DNA of 64,000 nt, taken from the NCBI RefSeq assembly GCF_037042905.1, contig NC_087249.1, forward strand, positions 8,682,001-8,746,000, given 5' to 3'. Origin of the DNA: Lytechinus pictus. Its lineage: Eukaryota. A program made the position numbers and the translations under genes. Under the pieces are notes generated by a model that saw only the letters and a list, made by a program, of their open reading frames with translations, was not told where the DNA came from and made no database searches. This document shows, in pieces, positions 13,636 to 26,597 of the stretch; the first letter of the stretch is position 1, and every line of letters starts with the position of its first letter.

Positions 13636-15856
13636 ATCTATCTATCCACATGTCTGTCCGTCTGTCTATCTACCTACATTGTATATATATCTGTCTATCT
13701 CTCTCTCTCTCTCTCTCTCTAATATATATATATATATATATCTGTTTAAATATGCCTATCTACCTATCCATCTATCTGCCTGTCTCCATCTATCTATCTA
13801 TCTATTTATCTATCTATATGTATGTCTGTCTGGGTATCTATCTATCTATTTATCTAATATATATCCATCTGTTTGAATATGTCTATATTTCTATATCAAT
13901 CTATCTGTCTGTCTGTCTCATCTCTTTCTATCTATTTATCTAACTATCTATATATCTGTCTGTCTATCTATGTTTTATTAATATAACCAACTATCATTTA
14001 TCTCTCCATCCATCACTACATCCATCCATCCATCTATATACATAATTATCTATCTTTTATGTATCTGTTTGAATATGTATGTCTGTTTAAATCTTTCAAT
14101 CTAATATTTGTTTAAATATTTTTTTCTGTTTATCTATCTATACGACAGACCACCTAATTCGTCCGTATGACGAATTAAAATCTAGTTTATTTATTTATTT
14201 TTCGCACCTATGTTTGTCGCCAAGTTTTCTCCGAATCGGCTCAATCAATTTTGCTGAATTTTTCGTCATGTATAGAATTTATCATAGAGACGGCATACGT
14301 AGCTTTTCAAGGTCACCTGGTCATGATGACGTCATCTACGCGCCATTTTGTAAAATTCTTAATTTGATCTACATTTAACGAATAATCAATAGTCAATCAA
14401 ATAAACTTTAGGTCAAAGGTCGTCTGTCAATGTCATCAAAGGTCATGTAAAGCAGTAAAGGTCATGACGCGCGCGTCAAATTCAGGTCATTTCAAGCATT
14501 TCAAGATTTTGCGTGCGCGCACGTATGCGCGCGTTTTCGTGCGTAACGGCGTTACGCATCATAAATTTGCTGTTTTTTCTATGCGTATCTATTATTGATA
14601 TGATTTTTATCACATTGATACCTCGATCAGCTCTCTACAATCATTAATGAGGGAATGAGCACCCATTAAAGTTTGCAGCACGCGTGCGCGCGAGCTCTTT
14701 CCATAGGCTCTATATGGGCAAAAACATGCCTATTAAAAATTCACTGTAGCTCTTCAGAACGAACGGGACCCCCAATCTTTTTTTCATATTTCAATAGAGT
14801 ATGAATCATAGATATGATTTCATGTGTCATTGGACCCTAACGTATATTATGACGTCATCAAAATGGCGTCGGAAGTCAAAATATCAATTTTGCGTGTTAT
14901 GACGTCATTACAATTATGCAAATGTGGCTCTAACTCCGTGAATATTGGTCAATTTTCGCCCAATTTTGGATATGTTGTACCTTAGGTCCTATTCTTTCTG
15001 AGTTATTGCCTATTTCGTGAGCTTTATCTCCATTTTTTTCTTGTCAATTATCCCTGTGCTTTTAGTATGTTGTAGCTGAGATTCTAAGCTTTTGGAATGT
15101 TGCCTTCATTTTCAGATCAGATGCCTGGATCATGCCCGTATTTCACTTGCAAAATTGGATTTGAGATTCTCGTATTTTGCTTACGTGTAAAGTCTATGGG
15201 AAATATTCTAGCTCAATCGGTTAGGCGTCAGACTTGCATCTCATTCAATCATGCGGGCAGGGGTTCGAGTCTGAGGGTGAACATGATTTAAAAAAAAAAA
15301 ATTTACTATCTTGCGCACGATCAATAAGAATTCTAATAAATAATAGCTAATATATTGCAAAATAAAACAGATTATAATTACTTTTTTGATATTATATCTA
15401 TCTTATCATATCCGTCTATCTATCCACTGTCTATGTTATAAATCTATCTATCTTTCTATCTATCTATCTGTCTGTCTATCTATCTACCTACATGACATAT
15501 CTATATATCTCTCTGTCTAATATATATATCTATCTGTTTGAATATGTCTCTCTCTCTCTCTCTCACTCTATCTATCTATCCATATGTCTGTCTGTCTATC
15601 TACCTACATTGTAGGCCTACAGTATATCTATCTATTTGTCTATCTATCTATCGATCTCTCTCTCTCTGTCTAATACATATATCTATCTGTTTAAATATGT
15701 CTATCTATCTATCCATCCATCTATCTATCTATCTATATCTTTCTATATGTATGTCTGTCTGGCTATCTATCTATCTATCTATCTATTTCTCTAATATATA
15801 TCTATCTGTTTGAAAATGTCTATACTTTCTATATCAATCTATCTGTCTGTATCTCG

Positions 15857-15902
<46 letters not shown>

Positions 15903-18298
15903 ATATCTGTCTGTCTATCTATCTTTCTATATGTCTATATTTATCTATCTATCTTTCTTTCGATCTATCTCTCTATCTGTATGTCTGTCTGTATGTCTCT
16001 CTATCTATCCGATTTTCTCTAGCTATGTTCTATCTATCTATATATCGTTCGTATATCTATCTGTTTGAATTTTTCTATCTGTCTATCGATCCATTTATCT
16101 TTCAATTTAATATATATTTACGTGTTTCAATTGTTATGTATGTTTATCTATCTTACTTATGTGTATCTGTTTAAATATGTATGTCTATCTGACTGTCTAT
16201 TTATCTTTCAATCTTCTATATACTCTTTTGTTTAAATAATTATGTAAATAACTATGTATGTTTATCTACTAGTATTTATCTTTCTACGACAGACCACCTA
16301 ATTCGTCCGCATGACGAATCAAAATCTAGTTCACCTTGGTTTTTTTTTTTGGGGGGGGTGTTGTATGCACTTGTATGGAAGTGTGGAAATAGTAGAGGTA
16401 TTGTAGTTAACGTCTCAGTCTTATGCTGCAACACCTTTATTATTTTTATTGCTGTCTTTTTCCATGCGTAACGCTTTTCTATGCAATAAACATGTATCAT
16501 TCTGTTATTCATCATCATGGTATTATTACGTATTATGTGTTTGCAAATTTGCAATATAAAATGAAATAATGATAACAATCACACTCAACCACACACACAC
16601 ACCCGCACACAGTTCATAATGGTTAAAACTTTCGGCTGGAACGCAGACTAATCCACTGTATCCACTGTGACGTACGTATGCAGGTATCAATCATAAAATT
16701 TATATAACAGAAAAAAGAGGGGGTGATAAAAAAAACGAAAGGGAAATATTTGGATTAAATACAAAGGACAGCAAATTAGTGAATGAAAAAAGCGGTCGGT
16801 GACTTTTGCGTTTATTCCATCATTGAAAACGCCACCATTGCGAATGTAATATTATATTATATATATGGCCCAGTCGATTAGTCTCTGGACTTTTAAACAG
16901 AGGATCTAGGTTTCGAATCCTTGCCATGGCATAGACCCTTCAGGAATATAATTAATCTTCAATGTGCTGCAATCAGCCCAGGTGAGGTAAATGGGATATC
17001 GTCAGGAAGTAATCGCTTTGTGAAACTATCTCTATTATATATACTTGAAAGTCAAACTATATCAATTTTGTACTATGCACGACAGTAAAACAAAATGAAT
17101 TGAACTGAAGAGGGGGGATTATTTTCATTAATTGATTTCTGGGTGTCTGACGCTTTGTAACAGACAATATGTCATGAAAGGTCAGGCAATGAGCGATCAC
17201 CCAATGGTTTCCAATAACGAACTTAAACCTGGAAACATCGGCCAGATTCGTTATCATGCATTAAATGTGCCAGACAAAGTGAATATTCAGTCTTTTTTTT
17301 TTTGGTTTTTATCGTCGATATTCACTATTGTTAGGTCTGATCTCACCGGAAAATGTTATTATAAAAAATATTAACACTGTCGATATAGTGATTCGAATTT
17401 TCGAACCCGTGTTATTACGACTCTGCAGTTTGACGCCTTATACGGTTGTACCACTCCATCAGGAGTAATTTACGGATATTAGATTGTCCTCAAAAGAGGA
17501 GACTCTTTATACTGCTGATGTTCTTGGTAGTAGGCATCTTCCTGCCGATATGAAGATTGCTCTGCGTGTGAGTGTTGAGACACCATATTAATCTTTATGT
17601 TAATATTATTTTTCATCAATGTAGCTGAAGTGCGCGAGGACCGTAGGAATGTGAAACTTGAAGAGTCTGGTGAGTATTATAGTATGCCTTTAGTGTTTGC
17701 TGTGATACATCCTCGTGGTAGTATTGTGAAGTAGTTGTTATCATTTCAGGACAATTAACAGTGATCTGACTGCAAATAAGATGGTATTAAATCATAAGAG
17801 TTACCCATAAATATTTTTATCATTATTTGCCATTCCAATAATCTTCACTATATTAGTATCATTACTTTCATTATTGATACTAATATTATTATATTTAGTG
17901 TTCCTTAACCGTTATAATCATCATCATCATCATCATCATCATCATTATTATTATCAGTATTACTATCATCACCATCATCGTCATCATAATCATTGTTACG
18001 ATCAGTATCATAATAATGTATTCAAAAGCCCATTATTAGCGGTTGCAGTAACCATTTTACACATAATAATATAGGCCTATTTGAACATTTCCGTTATTAA
18101 TGGAGATCTTTAATCAGAAACAGTAAATTAATATCAATGTGTTCCTAACTAATCAAAATCAGTTTGGAATACAATAATGTATCAATTTGTATTCGTAATA
18201 TTTTTTTCCACTTTAAACTTATTACCATCTTATTTTCTTGTATCTTTGCAGTTGAGGAAAGTGATTGTCCTCCCGGCCTGTGGTGTGGTTCGATGTAA
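8307..18298 (+). CDS. Secreted peptide precursor, copy A (71 aa as currently encoded; possibly pseudogenised). Exons 8307-8382, 9563-9610, 17625-17669, 18252-18298. MKSTRFAIPLFMVLIFIVYQASSSH-GFVYTVPKDVDEERAS-AEVREDRRNVKLEES-VEESDCPPGLWCGSM*
   Basis: Canonical ag/gtaagt and gtgagt junctions, all phase 1, give one open frame. Hydrophobic signal-peptide-like exon 1. Each exon has a positional counterpart in copy B. The last codons come from an insertion that begins near 18287. A probable downstream exon starts at 19077 (ttttacacag|G). Confidence 0.75.
8428..8700. mobile_element. Partial MITE (AAAGGAGAATGAAACC family) in intron 1 of gene A, shared with copy B (36860-37127)
   Basis: Same terminal motif as the element at 33535-34133; present at the mirrored position in both arms. 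Confidence 0.55.
10882..13434 (-). mobile_element. Helentron/HINE(DINE)-like non-autonomous element with a long (GATA)n tract
   Basis: One end is actag..aattcgtc-atacg-gacgaatt (hairpin) followed by ggtggtctgtc. The other end is ggtgatctgtc-aga-gacagaccacc-taat (subterminal IR/hairpin). Internal GATA/GA microsatellite at ~10930-11970. The family assignment is inferred from this architecture. Confidence 0.6.
13435..14186 (+). mobile_element. Partial HINE-like copy ((TATC)n plus hairpin-CTAGT end), inverted relative to 10882-11990
   Basis: Ends gacagaccacctaattcgtccgtatgacgaattaaaatctagt, the reverse complement of 10882-10925. Confidence 0.65.
14190..16330 (+). mobile_element. HINE-like copy (body, (TATC)n tract, hairpin-CTAGT end)
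   Basis: 14300-15370 is a diverged reverse complement of 11990-13300; ends gacagaccacctaattcgtccgcatgacgaatcaaaatctagt. Confidence 0.65.
16868..17010 (+). mobile_element. Degenerate tRNA-derived SINE head
   Basis: B-box-like gtttcgaatcc followed by gccatggc...aatgtgctgc...cccaggtgaggtaaatggg, similar to the SINE at 44785-45082. Confidence 0.6.
17915..18010. repeat. (CAT)n/(TAT)n microsatellite in intron 3 of gene A, mirrored at 27175-27330
   Basis: Seen directly in both arms. Confidence 0.85.
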
Positions 18299-18597
18299 AA
18301 ATGGCAGAGGTAAAAATTGCAGAACGTAAAAATGGCAGGGGTAAAAATTGCAAAAGGTAAAAATTGCAGTGGCAAAAATGGGAGGGGTAAAAATTGCAGA
18401 ACGTAAAAATGGCGGGGGTAAAAATTGCAGGAGAAAAATTGCAGAAGGTGAAAATTGCAGAAGGTGAAAATTGCAGAAGGTAAAAATGACAGTGGTAAAA
18501 TTTGCACAAGGTGAAAATAGCAGGGGTAGAAATAGCAGAAAGTAAAAAAAAGTCAGAGGTAAAAATTGCACAGGTAATACCATTTGTACCTGGCACC
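18287..18597. mobile_element. 319-bp insertion made of ggtaaaaattgcag-type sub-repeats inside the mature-peptide exon of gene A
   Basis: Flanked by direct repeat cctgtggtgtg at 18277-18287 and 18596-18606 (TSD of 8-11 bp depending on where the ends are placed; GGT...ACC termini possible). Absent from copy B. Confidence 0.85.
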
Positions 18598-19304
18598 TGT
18601 GGTGTGTCAGCTAGTACTCACGAAATAACAACAATCTGATGTGGTTTTGGGGTGTTTTAGGGGAATTTTCCATGATTTTCTAATAATTGCGCTTCCTTTC
18701 TGCAAAACAGGGCAAGTTTACCCCCCCCCCAAAAAAAAAATGTATATATTTAAATGAAAAAAATCCAACAACATAACGCTGGAAACTTCATAAAAATCAG
18801 ATGTAAAGTATGAAAGTTATGACATTTTAAGTTTCGCTTATTTTCAAAAACAGTTATATGTACAATCTGGTCAGTATGCCAATCAGGGGTCTCTGACGAT
18901 ATCTAGAAATCGCCGCATTGATCGATAGTCAAATTGCGTTTGACAGTGGATGTATAAATCCTAAAAAGGTTAAATACACTTTTAGATATAATTTTGTCAT
19001 GATTTTCTGGTAAAAGCCTTAATTAAGTATCAAATTTTTTATCGATTGATTATTAAATTTTCTCTTTTTTACACAGGAAATGCGGGAGGACCGAATGAAA
19101 ACTGAAAATGGGATTAGGATTGACATATGTCATAATGTCGACAAACGTAATCGATAATCTTGAATGCATTCATATTCCATCATCAAAATCTGCAGTAGTG
19201 CATCATTATTTTGAATCAGCGTTGTTAATCACATAAATGTTTATCATGTTCACTATGACCGAGAAATACGATTACAACATCAGCTTAACTTACTTACTAA
19301 CTCA

Positions 19305-19658
19305 AAGGTCAAGTCCACCCAAGAAAAATGTTTATTTTAATCAACAATGGTATTACCACAAAGTCATGTTCAGGGAGGAATAAAACCTTTTTTTACAGGA
19401 CAACGGGGAGAAAATTATGAAATTTCATTTTTCATATAATAAACTACAAAAAATAGTGAGTGAGTGATGTCATCAGTCCTCTCATTTGCATACCGACCAG
19501 GATGTGAATATAACAGTTTTGTGAGATTAAGCGAAAATTAAAAATATAAATATTTCTTTATTCTACATCCGATTTTGATGAAATTTTCAGTGTAATGCTT
19601 GTTTGATTTTTCTTTTTTTTTTCAAATCAACTTTTTGTAGGGATGGACTTGTCCTATA
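19305..19658. mobile_element. Internally deleted Kolobok-like MITE (AGGTCAAGTCCACCCC family)
   Basis: Ends aaaggtcaagtccaccc / gggatggacttgtcct match the complete copies at 31209 and 49093. Confidence 0.75.
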
Positions 19659-20194
19659 ATAAACTCTCAATAATTTCAGCATTATCTCAATCATAACAAT
19701 CATTATTTTTTTGTTGCAGACCTACAAATTGGCGGGTTACATTATTAATTCTCTTAAATGCACAGACACCAGAATATATTTAGCAAGAGTGACATGAAAT
19801 CATGTGTAATCCATTAAAATAATATACAAAGATGAAAAATAATGTATATCTTGTTATTTCAAATTGTCATATTTTTGAAAAGGTGTTCAAATATATCGCT
19901 TTCTTATGTGCTGACTTACATAGTGTGCTGATATGTTACCCCATATAAAGGCCTATGTGAGTGTAAAGTATACGTCATATTGCAGCAACTTAATAACTTT
20001 ATTCCCAAACAGGAATACTTTGAAAATGTGTGTGTGGGGGTGTGGATAGTAGTGTGAGCGAGTTTGTAATGACGTACTTCTTGAGAAAATTTTCTTGCAT
20101 TTTATCCACAACCGGGGACGTCCTACCTTCGGGGAGTCCCCGGTTGATGGGTAAAATGCAAGAAACTTTCCGATCTCATTTCAATTCGTATATA

Positions 20195-21011
20195 CAGTGC
20201 GTCCCAGAAAAAACGAAACCGAGATTAAGCGATGATTTATCATAACTTAATCACAAATAAAATAGACAAATGACCTACCAATGTAAAGCTTAGAATCTCA
20301 TCTTTCATCTGATATTACTTTGATTATTCCTTATTCACGCATGAGTGAGCAAAAACAATTTGAAGAAAGGATACCAAAAACTAATTTGGCGGGGGGTATC
20401 TGAATTTAAAAAAAAAATCACATGCCTAAAAAGGTCAATATCTGCTCTTTTATTTGATACCTTAATCACAAAAAATGGTCAAGAAGTAAAAAAGTTATGC
20501 TCCCTCGAAACAATGCTTGTATTTCCATAATTTCATTAAATAAACGTGTTTTCACCGGTTTCCCACAGAAGCTATCGCATGGTTAATAAAAGACTTTGCA
20601 TGGCTGATCGTCAACAAAACGGAGTGTCGAGTGAGTTTGAACGCTAGCCTGTAAAACCTCTTCATTTTATGAAATTATTGAAATTCAAGCCTTATTTCAA
20701 ATAACCAGAACTTTGTTATTTCTTGACCATTTTCTGTAATTGAGGTATCAAATTAAAGAGCAGATATTGAACTTTCTAAAAATGTGGTTTTCTTTTTGAA
20801 ACCCAGATACAGCCCGCCAAATTACTTTTTGGTATCCCCTCTTCAAATTGTTTTTGCTCACTCATGCGTGAATTAGATATAATCTAAGTAATTTCAGATG
20901 AAAGAGGAGATTCTAAGCTTTACAATGGTAGGTAATTTGTCTATTGTATTTGTAATTAAGTTATGATAATTCATCGATGAATCTCGGTTTCGTTTTTTGT
21001 GGGACGCACTG
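20195..21011. mobile_element. Tc1/mariner-like MITE with long TIRs and TA TSD
   Basis: ta|cagtgcgtcccagaaaaaacgaaacc ... ggtttcgttttttgtgggacgcactg|ta; inverted similarity extends ~300 bp. The mirrored site (~25070) is empty. Confidence 0.88.
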
Positions 21012-21433
21012 TATAGTAAAATAAAATTATTTGTAAAAATTCCCGTTCTGCCAATAAAATTCTAGTTGTATGTGAAGTGGAAGGAAGTATTTCTGGTTAG
21101 GGAGACGTTGTGTCCGCAAATGAGTCGGGTGTGTAGGGAAACACTTTACGTTTTTAAAATAGTGAATGAGACTGCAAACGCAAGTTCCCATTTTGGCGAT
21201 TACTGATAAAAATGAGTCTCCGATGGTCAAATTACAATGGTGTATGTTTGTGGCTGGGTGCGTGCTCATGTGTGCCGTTGTCAAGTAGGTGCATTATACC
21301 AGACACCAGACATATGAAAGTCCGTATGTGTGTGAGAGATACAGAGAGAGAGAGAGAGAATAGAGAGGGGGAGAGAGAAAGGCAGAGGGCAAAGAGAGAG
21401 CAGAAGGGAGGGGGGATGAAGGTCGTGGAAAGG

Positions 21434-23106
21434 CAGGCGCGTAGCCAGGGGGCGGTCGCCCCCCCCCCCCAATAAAAACGCCCCCAAAAGAAAAAAATGA
21501 AGAGGAAAAGGAGAAAAAGAAAAGGCGAAAGGAGAAAAGGGAAGAAAGGTATAGTTTCGTTGTTTTTTCTTCCTTTTTTTGGTCAAAAGAATAAAAAACC
21601 TAAACGAAAAGTTGATATTCTCTCTTCATACAAAATTTTGCTTCCGCGCTCCGCGCGGAAAACATATCAAAATCGCCTTTCCATTTTGTTTCCCACACCT
21701 TTTTCTACTCCGTTTCCCCCCTTCCCGGCTGTGGGAGTCGTATATTCTTGCCAGAAATTATAAATTATACATGGGTGTAAGGAGTATACTATGAAAAGCA
21801 TTTTTTTTTATTGCATTGACACAAAATGTCGGCTCTTCTGTTCGGAGCGGGTAAACATTACCGTCACTTCCCGACAACCCAAATGATATTTCTTTCGCTT
21901 TTAAGCAAGCAGTTTTTGGCAAAGTATATCTGCTCGAAAGGGGAGGCATTATAAATTCGTGCCGTGCTATATGCAAAAGTATGTACGATATTATATCGTT
22001 GCACATCTATCTCCTGTCTTGTTTTGTGCCATTGATTTAAAAAATTTAATATCACTGAAGTTTCTTAATCAAACAAAAGGAAGCGCTTAATATGAGCGAA
22101 ATTACACAATTTTATTTCTTCCAAAATAAATCACAAAGATTTCGGTGCTTAGCGAGCATGGGAAATGAAAATTAAATCCCTCTTCTAGCTTGCATCATCC
22201 CTTTCACATTTTGAGCTCGTTTTTCTTCTTAATCGAGTTATAGTCTAAGAAATGTCAAAATTATAACAGATTAAAGTTTCAGGTAAATTTCTAAAATTCA
22301 GAGTTTCAACGCCATTCGCGGGAAGGAAGGAATAGGGCCTATTATTTTCCTTCTTGCATATACCCGTCTTCTACTCTGTTTTGCTACTTGAGTTAACTTC
22401 AGTTGACGAAATTTAAATCAAATCTGATGTTACCAAGGTAGGCATTTTTTACCACTTCTGTTCTCAATTTTTAGAAAACGTTTTAGCTTCAACGCTTCGC
22501 GCGATAAGAGGAATTATTTCAAATTCTTCAATCTTATTTCAAATCTTCAAGCTCATAATTTCTTTTGAAAGCAAGTTGTTTTCTTAATCACAGCAATTCA
22601 ATTGAATTCGAGTTGATAAGGGTACTTGAGACGCAAGAGACGCCTTCTTTTGATTTGAATTTGATGATATATCAAATACTTCGCGCTCCGCGCGGGGAGG
22701 GGGAACCTCCCCCCTCCCAGCACCCCCCCCCCCTAGGGAGCGCGGTTTGCGCGCTCTGTAAGTGTTGGCACCTGGCACCAAAGACCATATAATATATTAC
22801 TAGACCGAAAGCTGCGTGCGCGTTCAACACAAAACAAATGAGATTAGGCTCCGCCTACCGCGATCATTTGAAGACAAAAATAAGCCCTCATTGACATTCA
22901 TGAGCATGAAGATATTCATAATCCGGCCTTTACATAGGCTAAGAGCGTTTTCCCCGATTCTTTTTTATCGATACTAGTGGTATCATGTTACAGAATTAAT
23001 TATTCATTTACCTCATTACGTCATATAACTTATTCATTCTGAAACTTTTCTTTCCACACAAAAAATGGACCGCCCCCTCCAAAATTAAATCCTGGCTACG
23101 CGGTTG
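21434..23106. mobile_element. hAT-like non-autonomous element with 8-bp TSD
   Basis: TIRs caggcgcgtagccagg / cctggctacgcggttg; TSD tggaaagg at 21426-21433 and 23107-23114. Confidence 0.85.
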
Positions 23107-23589
23107 TGGAAAGGGGTTGAGAGCATGAAGGGCAGAAAACAAGGAGAGAGTATTTTGCATCCTATATAGTATGGGTAGAAACGATTTTCGTTGGACAGTT
23201 AAGATAACGACCTCATGATAATGATAATTCCTATAGAATTGCAATAACGGACACCCTTGTGAAAGTCATGGTGATTTACCTTCGATTTGCTCGACTCTTT
23301 TCAAGTAGCCACCCGAAGAAAATGCAGGATAAGTGATAGTTATAGACAAATCTTATATTGATGGAAAGGTCTTGTCTTGTTATACATAATTATGTCACTA
23401 AAAGTCTTATAGATATTACGGAAATGCGTGAAATGCAATTAATAGAGACCCTTCTCAGCCCCCTGAATATTAGACAAAACGCAAGGGAAACGCAAGGGAA
23501 TATACACCCAGAAAGTGGGAGTCATATAGGGATAATTTCATGGAAATAACAAGGAAGGCAGGTGCAATGGGAACGTTTTGATAAATCGT

Positions 23590-23822
23590 GTATGAAATAA
23601 ACAACAAAAAACAAAAGAAATAGTGAATGAAGGACATCATTGACTCTCTCATTTGCATATCACGTTGTGTATATAACTGTTTTGTGAAAAATAAGCGAAA
23701 CTTTTAAACGTCATTACTTTCGAATTTTAAATCTGATTTTTATGAAATTTTAGTGTTGTGCTTATTTGATTTTTCTCTATTTATTCAAATAAACATTTTT
23801 CTGGGGTGGTCTTGACCTTTAA
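23590..23822. mobile_element. Half copy of the Kolobok-like MITE in the spacer of the inverted duplication
   Basis: Ends ggggtggtcttgacctttaa; body matches 49470-49695. Confidence 0.75.
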
Positions 23823-26597
23823 ACAGTTTTTATTTAACGACGTGGCAAAAAAGTCTTCCAAGAGCACCTGGCGTCGCAGAAGTCCGCTCGCGTAGGAAGT
23901 ACAGTGAAATCACGCTGATGAATCTACATGACTTTCACAATGATGTCCGTTGTGTGAATCTATATAGGAATTATCATCATCTTATCATGTCGTAAGAAAA
24001 ACCGCTTCTGCTCATGATACTACAATGTCAACACGTCCTACCTCGCTCTCACTGCCTTTCTACTATTCACCCCCCCCCCCTTCTCTCTCCCTCTTACCCC
24101 TTTCTCTCTCTTTCTTTCTCTCTCCTTCCCTTTCTTGTTTTTCTCTCTCACATACAGACTCTAAAACAACCAGATAAAAACCAATACACATGAAGTTACC
24201 AAGGATACTAATAGCATTCCATTCATCTTCTTTTAATCAAACACATTTTACCCCCCAAAAAATGAAAATATGTGGTGAAAAAACATCAGACTATTCAGGA
24301 TAAATCGAATAGTTAAAAATATTTCAGTCAATAGTCCTATATGTTACCATTGGATTTTTCTTTTGAAGAATGAATATTGGGGAAGGACCCATTCTCAATT
24401 TACCATGAACTGATAGTAAGCAATTGATAAACAAACAAAAAAAAAACAATAGAGAAAAGGGAAACTCATTTATATTTCACAATAATCTATCTTAAAATGA
24501 AGTAAAGTTCGAGAATTAGGTATCTCTTGAAAGAATACTAAATTTTCCACAACTTTTTTTTTATCTGCAATGTCTGCAATGAAGTTACGATTAAAGATGT
24601 GCCGGCTTAGTTTGATTGAAACTCCTTGGAACTGCAAGAGTTAAATGTCTTGCTTAAGAGCATAGGTGCCATGGACGGAGATTGAAATCCGGACTTATGC
24701 GTCTGGTGGCTATAGACCGCTTGACCACGAAACTCACACACATACACCCAATTGCAATTTGACCATCGGAGAATCATTCGCCAAAAAAAAAATTGAATTT
24801 ATTCCACTCACCCATGGACCTATTACAAATGGACATTCAACGAATCCCCTCCTTTCGGCCGAAGACCGTCACCGCTAATCCTTTTATAAACAGAGCGCTG
24901 GCAGCTGACACCCATCAATTATTATTTGTAATAGGTCCATGAATCACCCGACTCATTTGCGGACATAACGTGAGCATATACTAACTGGGGACACTTCCTA
25001 TCCCCCTACACACACAACCTGAATTTAACTAGCAGAACAGGAATTTTCTATGAATAATTTTCACTGGATGAAACGGTTTGAAATGAGATGGGAACTTTTC
25101 GTGTATTTTACCCATCAACCGGGGACGTTCCTGAGGGTAGGAAAGTTCCCCAAGAAGTAGATCATTACAAACTCGCTCACACATCCACACCAACACCCTC
25201 TCACATTCACATCCTCACACACCCACACACACCCTCACCCCATAGTAATCTGCCATCGAATATGAGATTTATAAGCATGGTTTTACGGACCGGGGACGTC
25301 CCCAGGGGTATAGGACGTCCCCGGTTGATGGGTAAAATGCAAGAAAATTTCCCAAGAAGTAGATCATCATGACAACTCGCTCACATACCCACGTCAACAC
25401 ACACACACAAGTATTCCCAGTAGGTATAAAGTTATTATTTTGCGGCAACAGGCGTATTCTTTAGGTTTGTCTGAAATTTGATCATTTTTTAAAAAATATC
25501 TCACTACCATGCTATAGAATTAAAGGCATGAATGTGGTACCATATCAGCACACTGTGAAAGTTTGCGCATTAGATGGCGATACATTGGAATACTTTATAC
25601 GTTAGCACACACCAGAATGTTAGTTGAACAAAATATTCACGTCGGCAATATGACAATGTGAAATGACAAGAAATACATAACTTTTCGTCTTTCTATATCA
25701 TTTTAATGCATAACACGTGTTTCCATGTCAATTTTGCTAATAATATTCGGGCGTCTGTGTATTTAAAAGAATTAATGTTGTAATTAAGCTGAAAATTTGT
25801 AGGTCTGCAACAATAATAACGAGTGGCATGATCGAGATAATGATGTTATTGATTTGAAGAAAAAAAGCAATGTAATGTTGTAAATCGTACTCGTTTGTCA
25901 TAGTGAACATGATTAATATTTCGTGATTGACAACACTGATTCAAAATAATGACATTGCTTAATGCAGTACTGAGGATTTGGATGGTGGAGCATGAATGCA
26001 TTCAGGATTATACATTGTGATTGAAGACATTATGACATATGTCAATCATAATCCCATTCCAAGTCCCCATTCGGTCCTCCAATATCTCCTGTGTAAAAAG
26101 AAAATTTGATAAAGCAATCGATCAAAAATTGAGTATTTAATTATGGCACGCGTTCATGTAAAAAAAAATAATGACAAATCTATATTATCTATAAGTGTCT
26201 TTAAACTTTCTAGGCTGTAAACTTGCCATGTCCTCATACATTCAGATTTATTTCCAACAGAATATAAAGAATAATACAAATTATTTTCATACATATACTG
26301 TATAACAAATATTTACAATACAAATCATTGTCATTATAATTATATTTAATAACATCAATAATATTCAACATTATATGGTAAATTTTGTTGATAAATTATG
26401 ATTTAAAATAGGAAAAAAAACTTTAGCATAATGTCGAGTCGCGTTATAGTAACGACGAAAGTTGACGCACTATCGACCGTACACTTTACGGGAGAGCGAT
26501 ATCATCCTCTTTCAGATGACGCTGTACAAAATTCAACATACGACGGATCTCCAGGACCATCACCCATGTTATTAGCCATAATAAGCTAAGCCGTCTA

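Larger units (their letters stand above)
7280..23280 (+). repeat. Left arm of a large inverted segmental duplication (partner ~23920-42120)
   Basis: Collinear reverse-complement matches: 7515-7820 to 41760-42075; 7835-8700 to 36860-37740; 9540-9800 to 32780-33440; 17050-17400 to 30460-30720; 18950-20190 to 25080-26220; 21214-21250 to 24735-24775; ttgtgaaagtcatg 23257-23270 to catgactttcacaa 23927-23940. Confidence 0.92.

Noticed and set aside
11210..16022. ORFs rich in IYLS/SIYL repeats
   Set aside because: They are translations of (TATC)n/(GATA)n microsatellite inside HINE-like elements.
17874..18074. Poly-His ORF
   Set aside because: It is a (CAT)n microsatellite in an intron.
18145..18596. 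Three overlapping minus-strand ORFs (AIFTFCNF repeats)
   Set aside because: All three frames are open because of the stop-free sub-repeat insertion; not protein-like.
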